Source: an uncultured virus (IMG/VR IMGVR_UViG_3300031746_000009) (taxonomy: Duplodnaviria; Heunggongvirae; Uroviricota; Caudoviricetes). Taken from it: a stretch of DNA of 64,000 nucleotides. Position numbers and translations under genes: made by a program. The stretch lies in the IMG/VR virus record IMGVR_UViG_3300031746_000009; one strand, 5' to 3'. Shown in pieces: positions 28,678-37,605 of the stretch (its first letter is position 1; every line of letters starts with the position of its first letter). The notes beneath the pieces were generated by a model that was given only the letters and a program-made list of their open reading frames with translations, was not told the DNA's origin and made no database searches.

Positions 28678-30777
28678 GTGCTACACAAAAAGGCTCTTTC
28701 AACCATTTTAGTTTGCTTTTTGTTAGCTCAAATACTCTTTTTTGTTTTTCCTGTTTATGCGGTTGATTCCGAAAATTTCATAGACAATGATTCCAGCGAT
28801 GTTGACACTCATGCAGATCACGGAACATCCAGCAACTTTACAGCTCAACAGGATTCAAACGTTGCGTACAATGATACTTTGACTGAAGCAAACACGGCAG
28901 CAGCGGCAAGCAACACTACAGTTTTAAATAACGGCTTTGAAGTCGGAGCTTGGAACAGCCTATTCGATCAGACCACTGGAACGTGGATTCGCTGTCTTTC
29001 AGGAACGCCTACTGGATATACACCTCACGCTGGAACAAACGCAACATATTGTGGCTCAACCAATGACGGAAGCATTTACAGTGATGATGTCGATATGACA
29101 ACTGCTACAAAAATCTATGTTACTTTCTGGTGGATGGACGATGACTTGGATGGGGGTACTGACTTCGAGTTCTATGTTTATGATGGTTCAGCGTATGATT
29201 TGATTGTGCAGTTAGACGCGACTGGTCAAACATACGCAGAAGACACATGGTATCAATATTCATGGTCATCAACAGACAACCAATACTTTGACACTACATT
29301 CAGACTATGTTTTTCTGCTACTCCAGAACCTAATGAAGCGGCTTTCATTGATGATGTTGTGATAATACGGGAAGTGACTCCAGCTAACAATTATGAACTT
29401 GATATGGAGTTTCAATGGACAACTATTGATTATGCTCAAACAAATGAATATATTTGCATACGTACAGGTTCTACTTTTGGCGCTGAAAACATCGTTGTGA
29501 AATATAGGAACGGTGGATCATGGACGACTCTTGTAACAATGACGACGGTTAACACTTGGTACAATACTAGCCTAGCTCTTACATCGGGAACTTTGACGCT
29601 TCAGTTTCTAGGCGGAACCGAAACCTCAGATACAGTTCAAAGCACATGGCAAATAGAATGTTCGCTTGTTCACGTTTGGACTGTAAGCGAACTCAACTTT
29701 TTCGGTAATATACTTTTAACCTTTCTTACTAATACGCATCGTTCAATATTGTTCAGTCGGCAAGGTGTGGTTCCTTTAAGCTTCAACGTTGCCAGCATAT
29801 ATGCAAGGTTAGCCAGCATTCTAAACTTTTTCGGCGAGATTCTCTTCCAGTTTACCATGAACAGTCAGAGAGCAATGGCCTTTACCCGTGAAAGCGGAAC
29901 ATCATTAACCTTCTCATTTGACAAGCAAAGAACGGTTGCATGGGTTCTCGGTTCTTCTGTTCCTTTAAGCTTCATAGCCACAAGCACATATGCGCGACTA
30001 GCTAATATTCTAAACTTCTTCGGAAACATTCCATTCAACATTGCCACTGGCCTACAAAACGCGCTATCATTCACTAGGCAAGGCGTAGCATCTCTAAACT
30101 TTCTTACTGGAACACAAAGGGCATTAACTTTGAATCGTGAAAACAGCATCCCATTAGCCTTTAACATGCTCTCCAAATACGGTCAAGCACGTTCACTTGC
30201 CTTTCTAGGAAACATAGTTTTCCAGTTCGCTGAAGCCTTCCAGAAAGCAGTTTCCATAACCTACTCATCCACTATTCCGTTAAGCTTCACAATCTCCACT
30301 TTATACTCTCAAGCCGTGCAAGGTTTCCTATACTTCTTCGGATACATACCCATCAGCTTTGCTTCAAACCTAGAAAGAATCATAAGCTTCAACGTTCAAG
30401 GCGCGGTCCCATTAACATTCATAATGAACAGAGCATACAGTAGGCTTGCAACATTGCTGAACCTGTTTGGAACCATTATATTCAACTTTGCAATCAACAT
30501 GGCTAAAACGTTTGGCTTCAACATTTTCAGCACAGAAACCTTAGCGTTCACAGTAAACAGCATCACAAACATCATAGGCGCACCTGTAAGCCTATTCATC
30601 TTTGGCCTAGTAAACTTCATATTCAACATTGGCAACGTGGGCTATGCGACAATCCCGCTTTCTGGATTAGCCGAAATGGGGTTGCTTGAGGCGCTGTTCT
30701 ATGTGGGTTTCGTGTTTGGTTTAATCGCATTGTCCGTCGTTTTGGTTATGAAAACTAAGCGTCGCCGCGAAGAATAA
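28678..30777 (+). CDS. secreted, membrane-anchored protein with repetitive stalk
   Basis: Signal peptide, acidic beta-domains, about 7 LNFFG-type repeats, C-terminal TM plus KRRR. Confidence 0.8.
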   Translation: MLHKKALSTILVCFLLAQILFFVFPVYAVDSENFIDNDSSDVDTHADHGTSSNFTAQQDSNVAYNDTLTEANTAAAASNTTVLNNGFEVGAWNSLFDQTTGTWIRCLSGTPTGYTPHAGTNATYCGSTNDGSIYSDDVDMTTATKIYVTFWWMDDDLDGGTDFEFYVYDGSAYDLIVQLDATGQTYAEDTWYQYSWSSTDNQYFDTTFRLCFSATPEPNEAAFIDDVVIIREVTPANNYELDMEFQWTTIDYAQTNEYICIRTGSTFGAENIVVKYRNGGSWTTLVTMTTVNTWYNTSLALTSGTLTLQFLGGTETSDTVQSTWQIECSLVHVWTVSELNFFGNILLTFLTNTHRSILFSRQGVVPLSFNVASIYARLASILNFFGEILFQFTMNSQRAMAFTRESGTSLTFSFDKQRTVAWVLGSSVPLSFIATSTYARLANILNFFGNIPFNIATGLQNALSFTRQGVASLNFLTGTQRALTLNRENSIPLAFNMLSKYGQARSLAFLGNIVFQFAEAFQKAVSITYSSTIPLSFTISTLYSQAVQGFLYFFGYIPISFASNLERIISFNVQGAVPLTFIMNRAYSRLATLLNLFGTIIFNFAINMAKTFGFNIFSTETLAFTVNSITNIIGAPVSLFIFGLVNFIFNIGNVGYATIPLSGLAEMGLLEALFYVGFVFGLIALSVVLVMKTKRRREE

Positions 30778-30780
30778 GCT

Positions 30781-30797
30781 TGTTCGACACTCGACCA
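30781..30797 (+). repeat. 17-bp quasi-palindrome, copy 4
   Basis: Fills gap between convergent stops at 30777 and 30804. Confidence 0.9.
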
Positions 30798-30803
30798 GAC
30801 TAG

Positions 30804-31022
30804 CTAAGAAGTTTTTACCTTGAACCTAGGCATCTTCTCATAGACGAAACGGATAATGTTTTCTATTATCCAAGCCAGCAAAACTATCAACAACAATTCG
30901 CCTAACATCGAGCCAGCTAAACTTCTTTTGTCAATCTTGTTGAGGTCAGGATTTGTTGCCACAGAAAATAGGATTAGAGCGAACCATACGATAAGAACGA
31001 TTGCCCATGTTGCCTTTTTCAT
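30804..31022 (-). CDS. small two-TM protein
   Basis: ATGA-coupled to parB-like gene. Confidence 0.65.
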   Translation of the reverse strand: MKKATWAIVLIVWFALILFSVATNPDLNKIDKRSLAGSMLGELLLIVLLAWIIENIIRFVYEKMPRFKVKTS

Positions 31023-31837
31023 AGTAAAGCCTTTTTGACATGTTCACGTAATACGTCTTTCGCATACTCGTTGACCTGTTGATTCCGTGCCTTCGCCAAC
31101 TTTTCTAAGCCTTCAAACAGTTTCATATCATCCTTGCTTCTTTTCTCAAGCGTGGTTCTGATTACAACGTATTTGCCTCTTGGAACCCCACGCCTCTCCA
31201 CCTTGCCACCAGTGATCTTAGCGAGCGCCGCATAGTAAGCATCTAAGCCTTCCACATCCAAAACCTTTGCCAGCTCTTCCTCTTGCAATTCGCCGAGCTT
31301 AAGCTTCACAAGTTTGAGAGAGTTGTAGAAATCAAGTTTTCCCTCTCGAATCAAGCGATCCCAATTTCCATGAAGTTGCAGAATGCTGATGTACTCGGTA
31401 AATGTGCTGTGCGGTATGCCTAACGCTTTTGCTATGGTTCGTTGACTCAAACCCACGCCAAGGTCAATGATTTGTTGTAGACCTTTGGCGCGTGTCCAAG
31501 GATCCATGTTTTTCCTGAAAAGTTCAAGGTTTTCCACGATGCTTTCTTCTCTTGCTTGGTCATCATCTACTTGGTTGATTGTCATGTCTTGTCGTTCAAC
31601 AAATTTTTGTGTACCAGCCAATTTCTTGGCTTGAAACCTTCTTCCACCCACGTAAACGCCAAATCCGTTTCCTTCCGGCCTCATCTTGAAAGGTTGAACT
31701 ATTTTGCCTTTTCTCACGCTTTCGGTTAAGGCTTTATCTTCTTCTGATTCGCCAAATGGTATGCCGTACCGCACATTCATTTTGCTGATGTGGACTTGGT
31801 CTACTGGAATGATTCTTGCTGCTTCCACCCAGACCAC
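31019..31837 (-). CDS. ParB-like protein with HTH and RHH-like C-terminus
   Basis: NVR, IVQP, GGRRF, SIVEN and SQRTIAKALG. Confidence 0.85.
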   Translation of the reverse strand: MVWVEAARIIPVDQVHISKMNVRYGIPFGESEEDKALTESVRKGKIVQPFKMRPEGNGFGVYVGGRRFQAKKLAGTQKFVERQDMTINQVDDDQAREESIVENLELFRKNMDPWTRAKGLQQIIDLGVGLSQRTIAKALGIPHSTFTEYISILQLHGNWDRLIREGKLDFYNSLKLVKLKLGELQEEELAKVLDVEGLDAYYAALAKITGGKVERRGVPRGKYVVIRTTLEKRSKDDMKLFEGLEKLAKARNQQVNEYAKDVLREHVKKALL

Positions 31838-32074
31838 CAGTATGAAAGATTAACGTTGTAGAATATAAGGCTTGACACCAAGTTAAACCACGAAATAACA
31901 CCTTTCACCATGAAACTCGCTTGGACTTTAACGGGGCCTCATAGACGATTTACAACATGTCGAAGTGTGAAGGCTTGTTCTCGGATTAAAGCTGTGTAAT
32001 ATATGCTTTTGTAGGGTTTAATCGAACGCCTTTTATGTTGCCACGCCTTGTTGTTCTTTGGTGGTCTGGGTGGA
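31824..32074. promoter_or_regulatory. Divergent promoter region flanked by perfect 16-bp inverted repeats (31824-31839 / 32059-32074)
   Basis: TGGTGGTCTGGGTGGA on opposite strands; leftward AAGCCTTATATT BRE/TATA, weaker rightward TTTTATG. Confidence 0.8.
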
Positions 32075-33164
32075 GAGCTGGCTTGCTTGTTTCTCATCGG
32101 GCAGTAGAACCATGTATGCGCTTGGTTTTAAGACTTTCTTGCGGTTTCTTGAGGCGCGTCTGGGTGGCGAGTGGAATGCAGAGCGTGTTCTTAAAGAAAG
32201 AAAAACGGATCTTGCGGCTGAGGTTTACCGTTTTGAGGATTTGACGGTTGAGTTTTATGTTTGGCTGCGGAGTACGAGTTTGAATCGTGAGACTCAATAC
32301 AGTCGGGTTCGTCTTGGACGTGAAGAATCGGTTCACATGGTTAAGCAGGGTACGAGGCCGAGCGACAATTACGCGAAGGGCATGGTTACGGCTGTACGCA
32401 GTTTCTTTGGTTTTCACCGTGTTGCTTTGAATTTGACGGTTCAGCAGCGTCGGGCTCTTGGTGGTGCGAGTAAGCCTAAGGAGTCGGATTACCTGTTTAA
32501 CGTGGACGATTTGGAAAGGATGAGTAAGGTTGCTTCGCCTCAGGAGGCGTACATTCTTTTGGTGGGCAAGGATGTAGGCTTGAGGGCTTCAGACTTCATA
32601 GGGTTAAAGCAAGGCCAGTTCGCCAAGATCACTAGGCTTCGGCAACGTGAAGAACAACCTTGGTTCTTTGGCGAAGTGTGGACTATGAAGGAGCGCGTGA
32701 AAGCTTATCCTTTTCTCACAGAAGACGGTTTAGGTGCGGCTGAGGCTTGGCTCACGGTGCTGAAGAGTAAGAACATGAGGAATGATAGTGAACCCATGCT
32801 GGCGATTGATGAGAAAGAACTGACTGAGAACCTGAAACGTGTCGCATCGAAAGCGGGAATAGAAACGTTTGGGAGCCGCATAAGGTTTCACTGTCTAAGA
32901 AAGTTCTTGATAGACCGCTTATCACTAAAAATGAGTGAGAGCAAGTGGAAGCAGATCGTGGGCAAAAAGATAGGGGAAAGCGCGTATGTTAGTTCGTTGA
33001 ACCTGAAAGAAGCGTATGCGGATGTTCTTGAGCACCTGACGATTGGGCAGCGCGAAGGCTTGCTGGGTTTGAGCGCGGAGGACTTGAAGATGCTGCGTTT
33101 TGTGGCTGAGTTAGTGAAGAAGAATCCTGATGTTATGCGAAAAATGCTGGACTCCACACTTTAA
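32058..33164 (+). CDS. tyrosine integrase/recombinase
   Basis: N-terminal core-binding-like region, GLRASD, RFHCLRK, ESAY. Confidence 0.88.
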   Translation: MVVWVESWLACFSSGSRTMYALGFKTFLRFLEARLGGEWNAERVLKERKTDLAAEVYRFEDLTVEFYVWLRSTSLNRETQYSRVRLGREESVHMVKQGTRPSDNYAKGMVTAVRSFFGFHRVALNLTVQQRRALGGASKPKESDYLFNVDDLERMSKVASPQEAYILLVGKDVGLRASDFIGLKQGQFAKITRLRQREEQPWFFGEVWTMKERVKAYPFLTEDGLGAAEAWLTVLKSKNMRNDSEPMLAIDEKELTENLKRVASKAGIETFGSRIRFHCLRKFLIDRLSLKMSESKWKQIVGKKIGESAYVSSLNLKEAYADVLEHLTIGQREGLLGLSAEDLKMLRFVAELVKKNPDVMRKMLDSTL

Positions 33165-33365
33165 CTCTTTTTCCATTATTTTCTCCATTTTCGGTTACCT
33201 CTGTCTCCACGGTTGAAACACCGTGATGCTTCATAAGTTTTAAATCGTATGTAACCTAACTGATTTGACACTGAAAGGTGTCTATGATGGTAAAACGTGT
33301 TGATGTTCAAATTGACGCTGGTTTGCTTGCTGAAGCTAAAAAGTGGAATGCGAACATTGAAGAAG

Positions 33366-33560
33366 CTACTTTACAGCATTTCGAGGACGTGAAACGTAGG
33401 CTTTCTTGAGTTCTTGGATTCGTAGGCGCGTGGATTCCTGTACGAAGTCGCTAATGCTTTTGTATCCAGCTTCTGGATGTTCCTTGATGAACTGTTCTAT
33501 GGCTGCAACCAAATCTTTTTTTAGGCTTGTGCCTCTGAAACCTGTTTCTTTACTAGGCAT
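33366..33560 (-). CDS. ribbon-helix-helix regulator
   Basis: FRGTSLKKDL...GYKSISDFVQESTR. Confidence 0.8.
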   Translation of the reverse strand: MPSKETGFRGTSLKKDLVAAIEQFIKEHPEAGYKSISDFVQESTRLRIQELKKAYVSRPRNAVK

Positions 33561-33616
33561 GGTATATCTATAATGATTAGAATGTATGGACTTATTTAAA
33601 GTTTACCACAAGCCTA

Positions 33617-34231
33617 CTAGAATATTAAGCTCTGTTGTTTGTTCGGAACGATAAACTTCTTAAAAAAATAGCCTTTCTTGTCAAATCGATCCCAAGGAAC
33701 TACGCAAAAAGTTGCTGCGCCATTTTTATCTACGGATTGGACATAGTAATCTTTGTCATACCCTTCTTGTCCTTGCTGAATGTATTCTATTAGGTCAGAT
33801 GTTTGACATAGTGCAACAGAGTGAAGTTTTTTTAAGGGTTTAGTTGGAGATATATAGGCATGACAGAACCAGTATGGATGTAACCATTGTTCTTTTATCG
33901 CATATCTTAATTTGTCAAATTCAGTTCTTGCACCAGACTCGCGACTTTGCCTAATTGTGAAAGTGTTGCAAGTGTAATCATATTGTACGCGACTCGCAAG
34001 CCCTCTAATTCCAGTATTCTTTCTAATATACCATGCGTCTATGCTTGAATATTGGTCAAGCTTTGTGGCCATATTATTTTCTGTGACTGACTCAACAGGA
34101 ATTAGTTCTCCTTCGCCTAACCAGTTTTCATCTTTAATTTTTGGATAAACATAGTCGAGAAAGTCTCTTGCTGATTTCGAGAGAGCAACTTGGAACTTAT
34201 CCAGTTTGAACGCATCCTCTCGTTGTAGCAA
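33617..34231 (-). CDS. hypothetical protein, possible restriction-like endonuclease
   Basis: Coupled downstream of a DNA MTase; IDAW...ASRVQ pattern; function inferred. Confidence 0.5.
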   Translation of the reverse strand: MLQREDAFKLDKFQVALSKSARDFLDYVYPKIKDENWLGEGELIPVESVTENNMATKLDQYSSIDAWYIRKNTGIRGLASRVQYDYTCNTFTIRQSRESGARTEFDKLRYAIKEQWLHPYWFCHAYISPTKPLKKLHSVALCQTSDLIEYIQQGQEGYDKDYYVQSVDKNGAATFCVVPWDRFDKKGYFFKKFIVPNKQQSLIF

Positions 34232-35480
34232 TGTTAACCATTTCAGAGTCTATTTCAGAACCGATATTTTGGCATCCTAGTTCTGCTGCTGCTAAAAGAA
34301 ATGTGCCAGTGCCTGCAAAGGGATCAATTACTAAGGAATCTTTTGTTGCGCTATGTTTGATTAGGCGTTTTGCAAGTTCTAAAGGTTTTTCCCAACGGTG
34401 ATACCGTGTGCCACTGCGTCCATCTGGAGCATTAAATTCTTGGACACAGAGCTTATTTATTAATTGTGTTTCGTTCAGTTTTGGTGCTTTTGGTGCTCTC
34501 AAGTATAGTATTGCTTGCCAGTTTAGGCTGTAACCGTTTTGTTTATCTGGACCCAGAGTGTTTTTGTAGGTCCACACTAAAATTTGCGGTTCTCCAAATC
34601 GGGTTTCAACCTTTTTAACCGCATTAAGATAAGTTCTTAGTTCCCATGCGTATGCGCCTATGAAAATGTAGGCTTGCCCTGTATCTTTCAGTTTCTCCAA
34701 AGCCAAATAGAGCCATGAGTCAACGAAAGCATCCAAGTTCTTGATTTCAGTCGAATATGGTGGATCGGTTAATAGTAAATCAACGCTTTTGTCCGAAATA
34801 CTATTTAAGAACTCTACAGCATCCTTATGTTTTATTATTGCGTCAACTTTAAGTCTGCTAATGGCTTGCCGCTGTTGCCGTTGAACTTTCTCGGCTTTCT
34901 GAATAATTTGGCTGACTCTTGGTCGGGCGATTTTAAAATTGGCTGCGATTTGCTCTTGGGTTTCACCTTTCTTATAACGTTCAATAATGGTTTCCTGTGC
35001 ACCTTTAGGCAACTTCAGCCGACAGTCAAGTGCAACATTGTAAGCATTACAAGTGCTTGTATTACTTACATTGTTGTTTTCCCATTGATCTACAGTTTGT
35101 TGAGTTACGCCAACAATCTTCGCGACTTCTTCCTGAGTTTTTCCAGTCTTCCTAAGTTCTAAGGCAATCCTTTTTTGACGTTCTCGAATATCCTTAATCT
35201 GTTCAAAAGAAAGTTGACGTCTAGCCACATTCAAGACAATGCCTAACGCAAAAGCATCATCATCATTCAAATCAACAAAATCATGCGGGCAATCAACCTT
35301 TAGTTCTTGACTGATTTCCCATCTGTGAAAACCATCCATTATTCTGCCGTCTAAAAGAATCAGAATCCGATTTTTTACACCATGTTTCTGAATGCTCTCT
35401 CGCAAACTTTCCTTTTCAGTTTTTGAAAGAACAGGCAGAAACCCAATCATCCTATCCCACGGTTTGATTTGTATTTCCAT
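34197..35480 (-). CDS. ParB-HTH-DNA amino-methyltransferase fusion
   Basis: DGFHR, TQEEVAKIVGV, TDPPY, DPFAGTG. Confidence 0.9.
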   Translation of the reverse strand: MEIQIKPWDRMIGFLPVLSKTEKESLRESIQKHGVKNRILILLDGRIMDGFHRWEISQELKVDCPHDFVDLNDDDAFALGIVLNVARRQLSFEQIKDIRERQKRIALELRKTGKTQEEVAKIVGVTQQTVDQWENNNVSNTSTCNAYNVALDCRLKLPKGAQETIIERYKKGETQEQIAANFKIARPRVSQIIQKAEKVQRQQRQAISRLKVDAIIKHKDAVEFLNSISDKSVDLLLTDPPYSTEIKNLDAFVDSWLYLALEKLKDTGQAYIFIGAYAWELRTYLNAVKKVETRFGEPQILVWTYKNTLGPDKQNGYSLNWQAILYLRAPKAPKLNETQLINKLCVQEFNAPDGRSGTRYHRWEKPLELAKRLIKHSATKDSLVIDPFAGTGTFLLAAAELGCQNIGSEIDSEMVNIATTRGCVQTG

Positions 35481-35615
35481 AAGCCATCCACAGGGTTGAG
35501 GTAGTATTCGCCAATTCAGTTTATAAGTTTTGCCTTAACCCATCCGCAACCTTACCACAAATCTTAAGTACCTAAACAGCAGACTAAGGCAACACTAAGG
35601 AAAGGTTGAAGAAAA

Positions 35616-35786
35616 ATGCCTGAAGGCGATTTTAGGGGAATAAGCCTAAGAAAAGATTTAATGAAAGAAGTAGAAAAATTCATCAAACGCTTCGGCAGAT
35701 ACAAAAGCCCAACCGACTTCATCACAGAAGCCACACGCCTGCGACTTGAAGAATTGCAGAAACAGTATGCGTCACAGGGGGTCTAG
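35616..35786 (+). CDS. ribbon-helix-helix regulator, paralog of 33366..33560
   Basis: Manual translation MPEGDFRGISLRKDLMKEVEKFIKRFGRYKSPTDFITEATRLRLEELQKQYASQGV. Confidence 0.8.
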   Translation: MPEGDFRGISLRKDLMKEVEKFIKRFGRYKSPTDFITEATRLRLEELQKQYASQGV

Positions 35787-35792
35787 TTTTCT

Positions 35793-36029
35793 TTGTCTTC
35801 TGCTGAGTTGAAAAAGGTTCTCCACGATCTTTGTCGTGCTGTTGAGCCTTACTACATTGCTTACCAGTTGGCTCAGGCTCGGCGTGGTCGAGACTCGACC
35901 AGTGCTGGCGAAAACTCGCAACTAGCGTCTAAGAATCACCCAGATTCACCATCGTCGGTGGTTTCTTTTTCGTCGTGTGGTGCGGGTTCGCTAGAAGCAC
36001 CAGAAACAAAGGAGCAAACCAAAAAATGA
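35793..36029 (+). CDS. hypothetical protein
   Basis: Fills operon; ATGA overlap with next gene. Confidence 0.5.
   Translation: MSSAELKKVLHDLCRAVEPYYIAYQLAQARRGRDSTSAGENSQLASKNHPDSPSSVVSFSSCGAGSLEAPETKEQTKK
35885..35901. repeat. perfectly palindromic variant of the 17-bp motif
   Basis: TGGTCGAGACTCGACCA, 15/17 to the other copies. Confidence 0.7.
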
Positions 36030-37003
36030 GTGATGAATACGATTTAGCTAAATCTTCAAAGAAGCTAGGTCCGCTTGTCCCGATTCTGAAGGACAAAAAC
36101 GGCAATATCATAGACGGGTTTCATAGGCAGAATGCTAACCCTGATTGGCCTACGATCACGGTTGATTCGGTTGATTCTGACGCAAAGCTCGAGCTGGCGC
36201 GTCTAGCAACGAACTTTTGTCGCAGACGACTTGAACCCAGCGAGATCCAGAACCGACTAAGCTTTCTTGTTGGAAAATGCGGAATGAAGCCCGAGGAGAT
36301 CGCTGAACAAACCGGAATCAGTTTGACTACGATTTACAAGTATCTTCCTCAAGAACTTAAAGACGAAAAGAAGGTTGAAGCGGGCAAGGCTTCGGGTGAG
36401 GCTCGTTCTGTTCCGTCTGCGGAACACACTGTTAAGACTCACGATATGGTTATCTGTGAATTCTGTCACATAGCTTCAAGCGACATTCAAACCGAAGTCG
36501 TCAACAGTAAACCCCGCAAACTCTGCGTCCGTTGCCAAGGAAACTTTGTTTTAGCGCCTGAACGGTTCACCGCGTTTTTCCGCAACGTGAACGGCGAAGT
36601 TAAGACGTTGGAAGAACGGCTTGCAGAGAAGCCTGGGCCAGCTTTCAAGGAAAAGTGGGAACAAACGCTAGGCACTATGCAAACAGATGATCCGAAGGTT
36701 GAAAGGATTTTCAGTGAAGAAGCTCAGGCTCTTGGACTTCATGGGTTCCGTGTTAAGCCAGAGATTCCGGTGATAAGTGTTTGGCCTGACAATTTTCATG
36801 TGGAAACTAACACGTTGTTCTGGATGGATAATGAGGAGCTTCACAAGGGCAAACGAAGCGACAAGGACGATCAGTATCGGGCAATCTTGGAGGGACGTGG
36901 TTTCAAGAATGAGGTTTTCCGTTACAAGGGTGAGCCGTCTCGGGCAAAGGTTCGTGAGTTTCTTGTGGCGTGGCAGAAAAAGGTGGAGGCTAAAACGCAA
37001 TGA
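36026..37003 (+). CDS. ParB-like / HTH / zinc finger / Vsr-DUF559-like fusion
   Basis: IIDGFHR, EEIAEQTGIS, CEFC..CVRC, PDNF...H...D...GF. Confidence 0.75.
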   Translation: MSDEYDLAKSSKKLGPLVPILKDKNGNIIDGFHRQNANPDWPTITVDSVDSDAKLELARLATNFCRRRLEPSEIQNRLSFLVGKCGMKPEEIAEQTGISLTTIYKYLPQELKDEKKVEAGKASGEARSVPSAEHTVKTHDMVICEFCHIASSDIQTEVVNSKPRKLCVRCQGNFVLAPERFTAFFRNVNGEVKTLEERLAEKPGPAFKEKWEQTLGTMQTDDPKVERIFSEEAQALGLHGFRVKPEIPVISVWPDNFHVETNTLFWMDNEELHKGKRSDKDDQYRAILEGRGFKNEVFRYKGEPSRAKVREFLVAWQKKVEAKTQ

Positions 37004-37374
37004 GCATAAACATAGAGGACGCGCAAACTATTGTTGATTGCATAGCGGAAATCATTGATCCAACACACAAGTACACGATCAAGAAATTCAAGAGAACATG
37101 CGCTTTCACATGGGAAACATTTGCCAGAGGAAAACGTCGAGTCATAGGGGTAACTCATGCTACACTAACTAACCATTCCATAAACCGCTTCATCAGAGTA
37201 ATGCTTCACGAAATCGCCCATTTCATCCATGACAAACGGTACAGGAAAAGGCTTTATCTTCTCCGTAAACGTAGAGCGCATAGAAAAACTTTCCACAAAT
37301 TAGAATCAACATTAAAGGCGAAATTTGAGAGTGCTTACGGCGAAATGCTGCCTGAACACTGTTGGGAGGTTTAA
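37000..37374 (+). CDS. HExxH zinc metalloprotease-like protein (SprT-like)
   Basis: VMLHEIAH ... AHRKTF. Confidence 0.7.
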   Translation: MSINIEDAQTIVDCIAEIIDPTHKYTIKKFKRTCAFTWETFARGKRRVIGVTHATLTNHSINRFIRVMLHEIAHFIHDKRYRKRLYLLRKRRAHRKTFHKLESTLKAKFESAYGEMLPEHCWEV

Positions 37375-37377
37375 AGG

Positions 37378-37605
37378 ATGGAGTCTGTTTCTCACGTCAA
37401 TCATAAGGGTGATGTTCTTGCTGTGATGCGTTTCAAGCTTGAGCTAGGCATCTTCCGTTACTTCGACGATTACCTCACAGATTTGAGGAGGAAGGTTCGG
37501 GATGCGGAAATAGTGCCTTCGGAGGCCACATGGTTGTGGGAGAAAGTCAAGTACCCATGCTACTTGTGCAGTAGGCGGAATGTTGGGAAACTGTTGGAGG
37601 TTTAG
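37378..37605 (+). CDS. hypothetical protein
   Basis: GGAGG SD; in operon. Confidence 0.55.
   Translation: MESVSHVNHKGDVLAVMRFKLELGIFRYFDDYLTDLRRKVRDAEIVPSEATWLWEKVKYPCYLCSRRNVGKLLEV

Larger units (their letters stand above)
1..31900. mobile_element. Unit A: left-truncated provirus-like element with spindle-shaped-virus-like (membrane-assembled) morphogenesis module
   Basis: Small overlapping early genes, tyrosine recombinase, P-loop ATPase, two-TM-helix capsid-like proteins and many secreted/membrane proteins. No host genes. Boundaries approximate; no att site found. Confidence 0.7.

Noticed and set aside
30798..33365. attL/attR direct repeat delimiting units A and B
   Set aside because: No tRNA fragment or matching direct repeat found by eye; the outer ends lie outside the window.
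11397..35901. 17-bp repeats as a CRISPR array
   Set aside because: Copies are kilobases apart, in mixed orientation, with no spacer periodicity and no cas genes.
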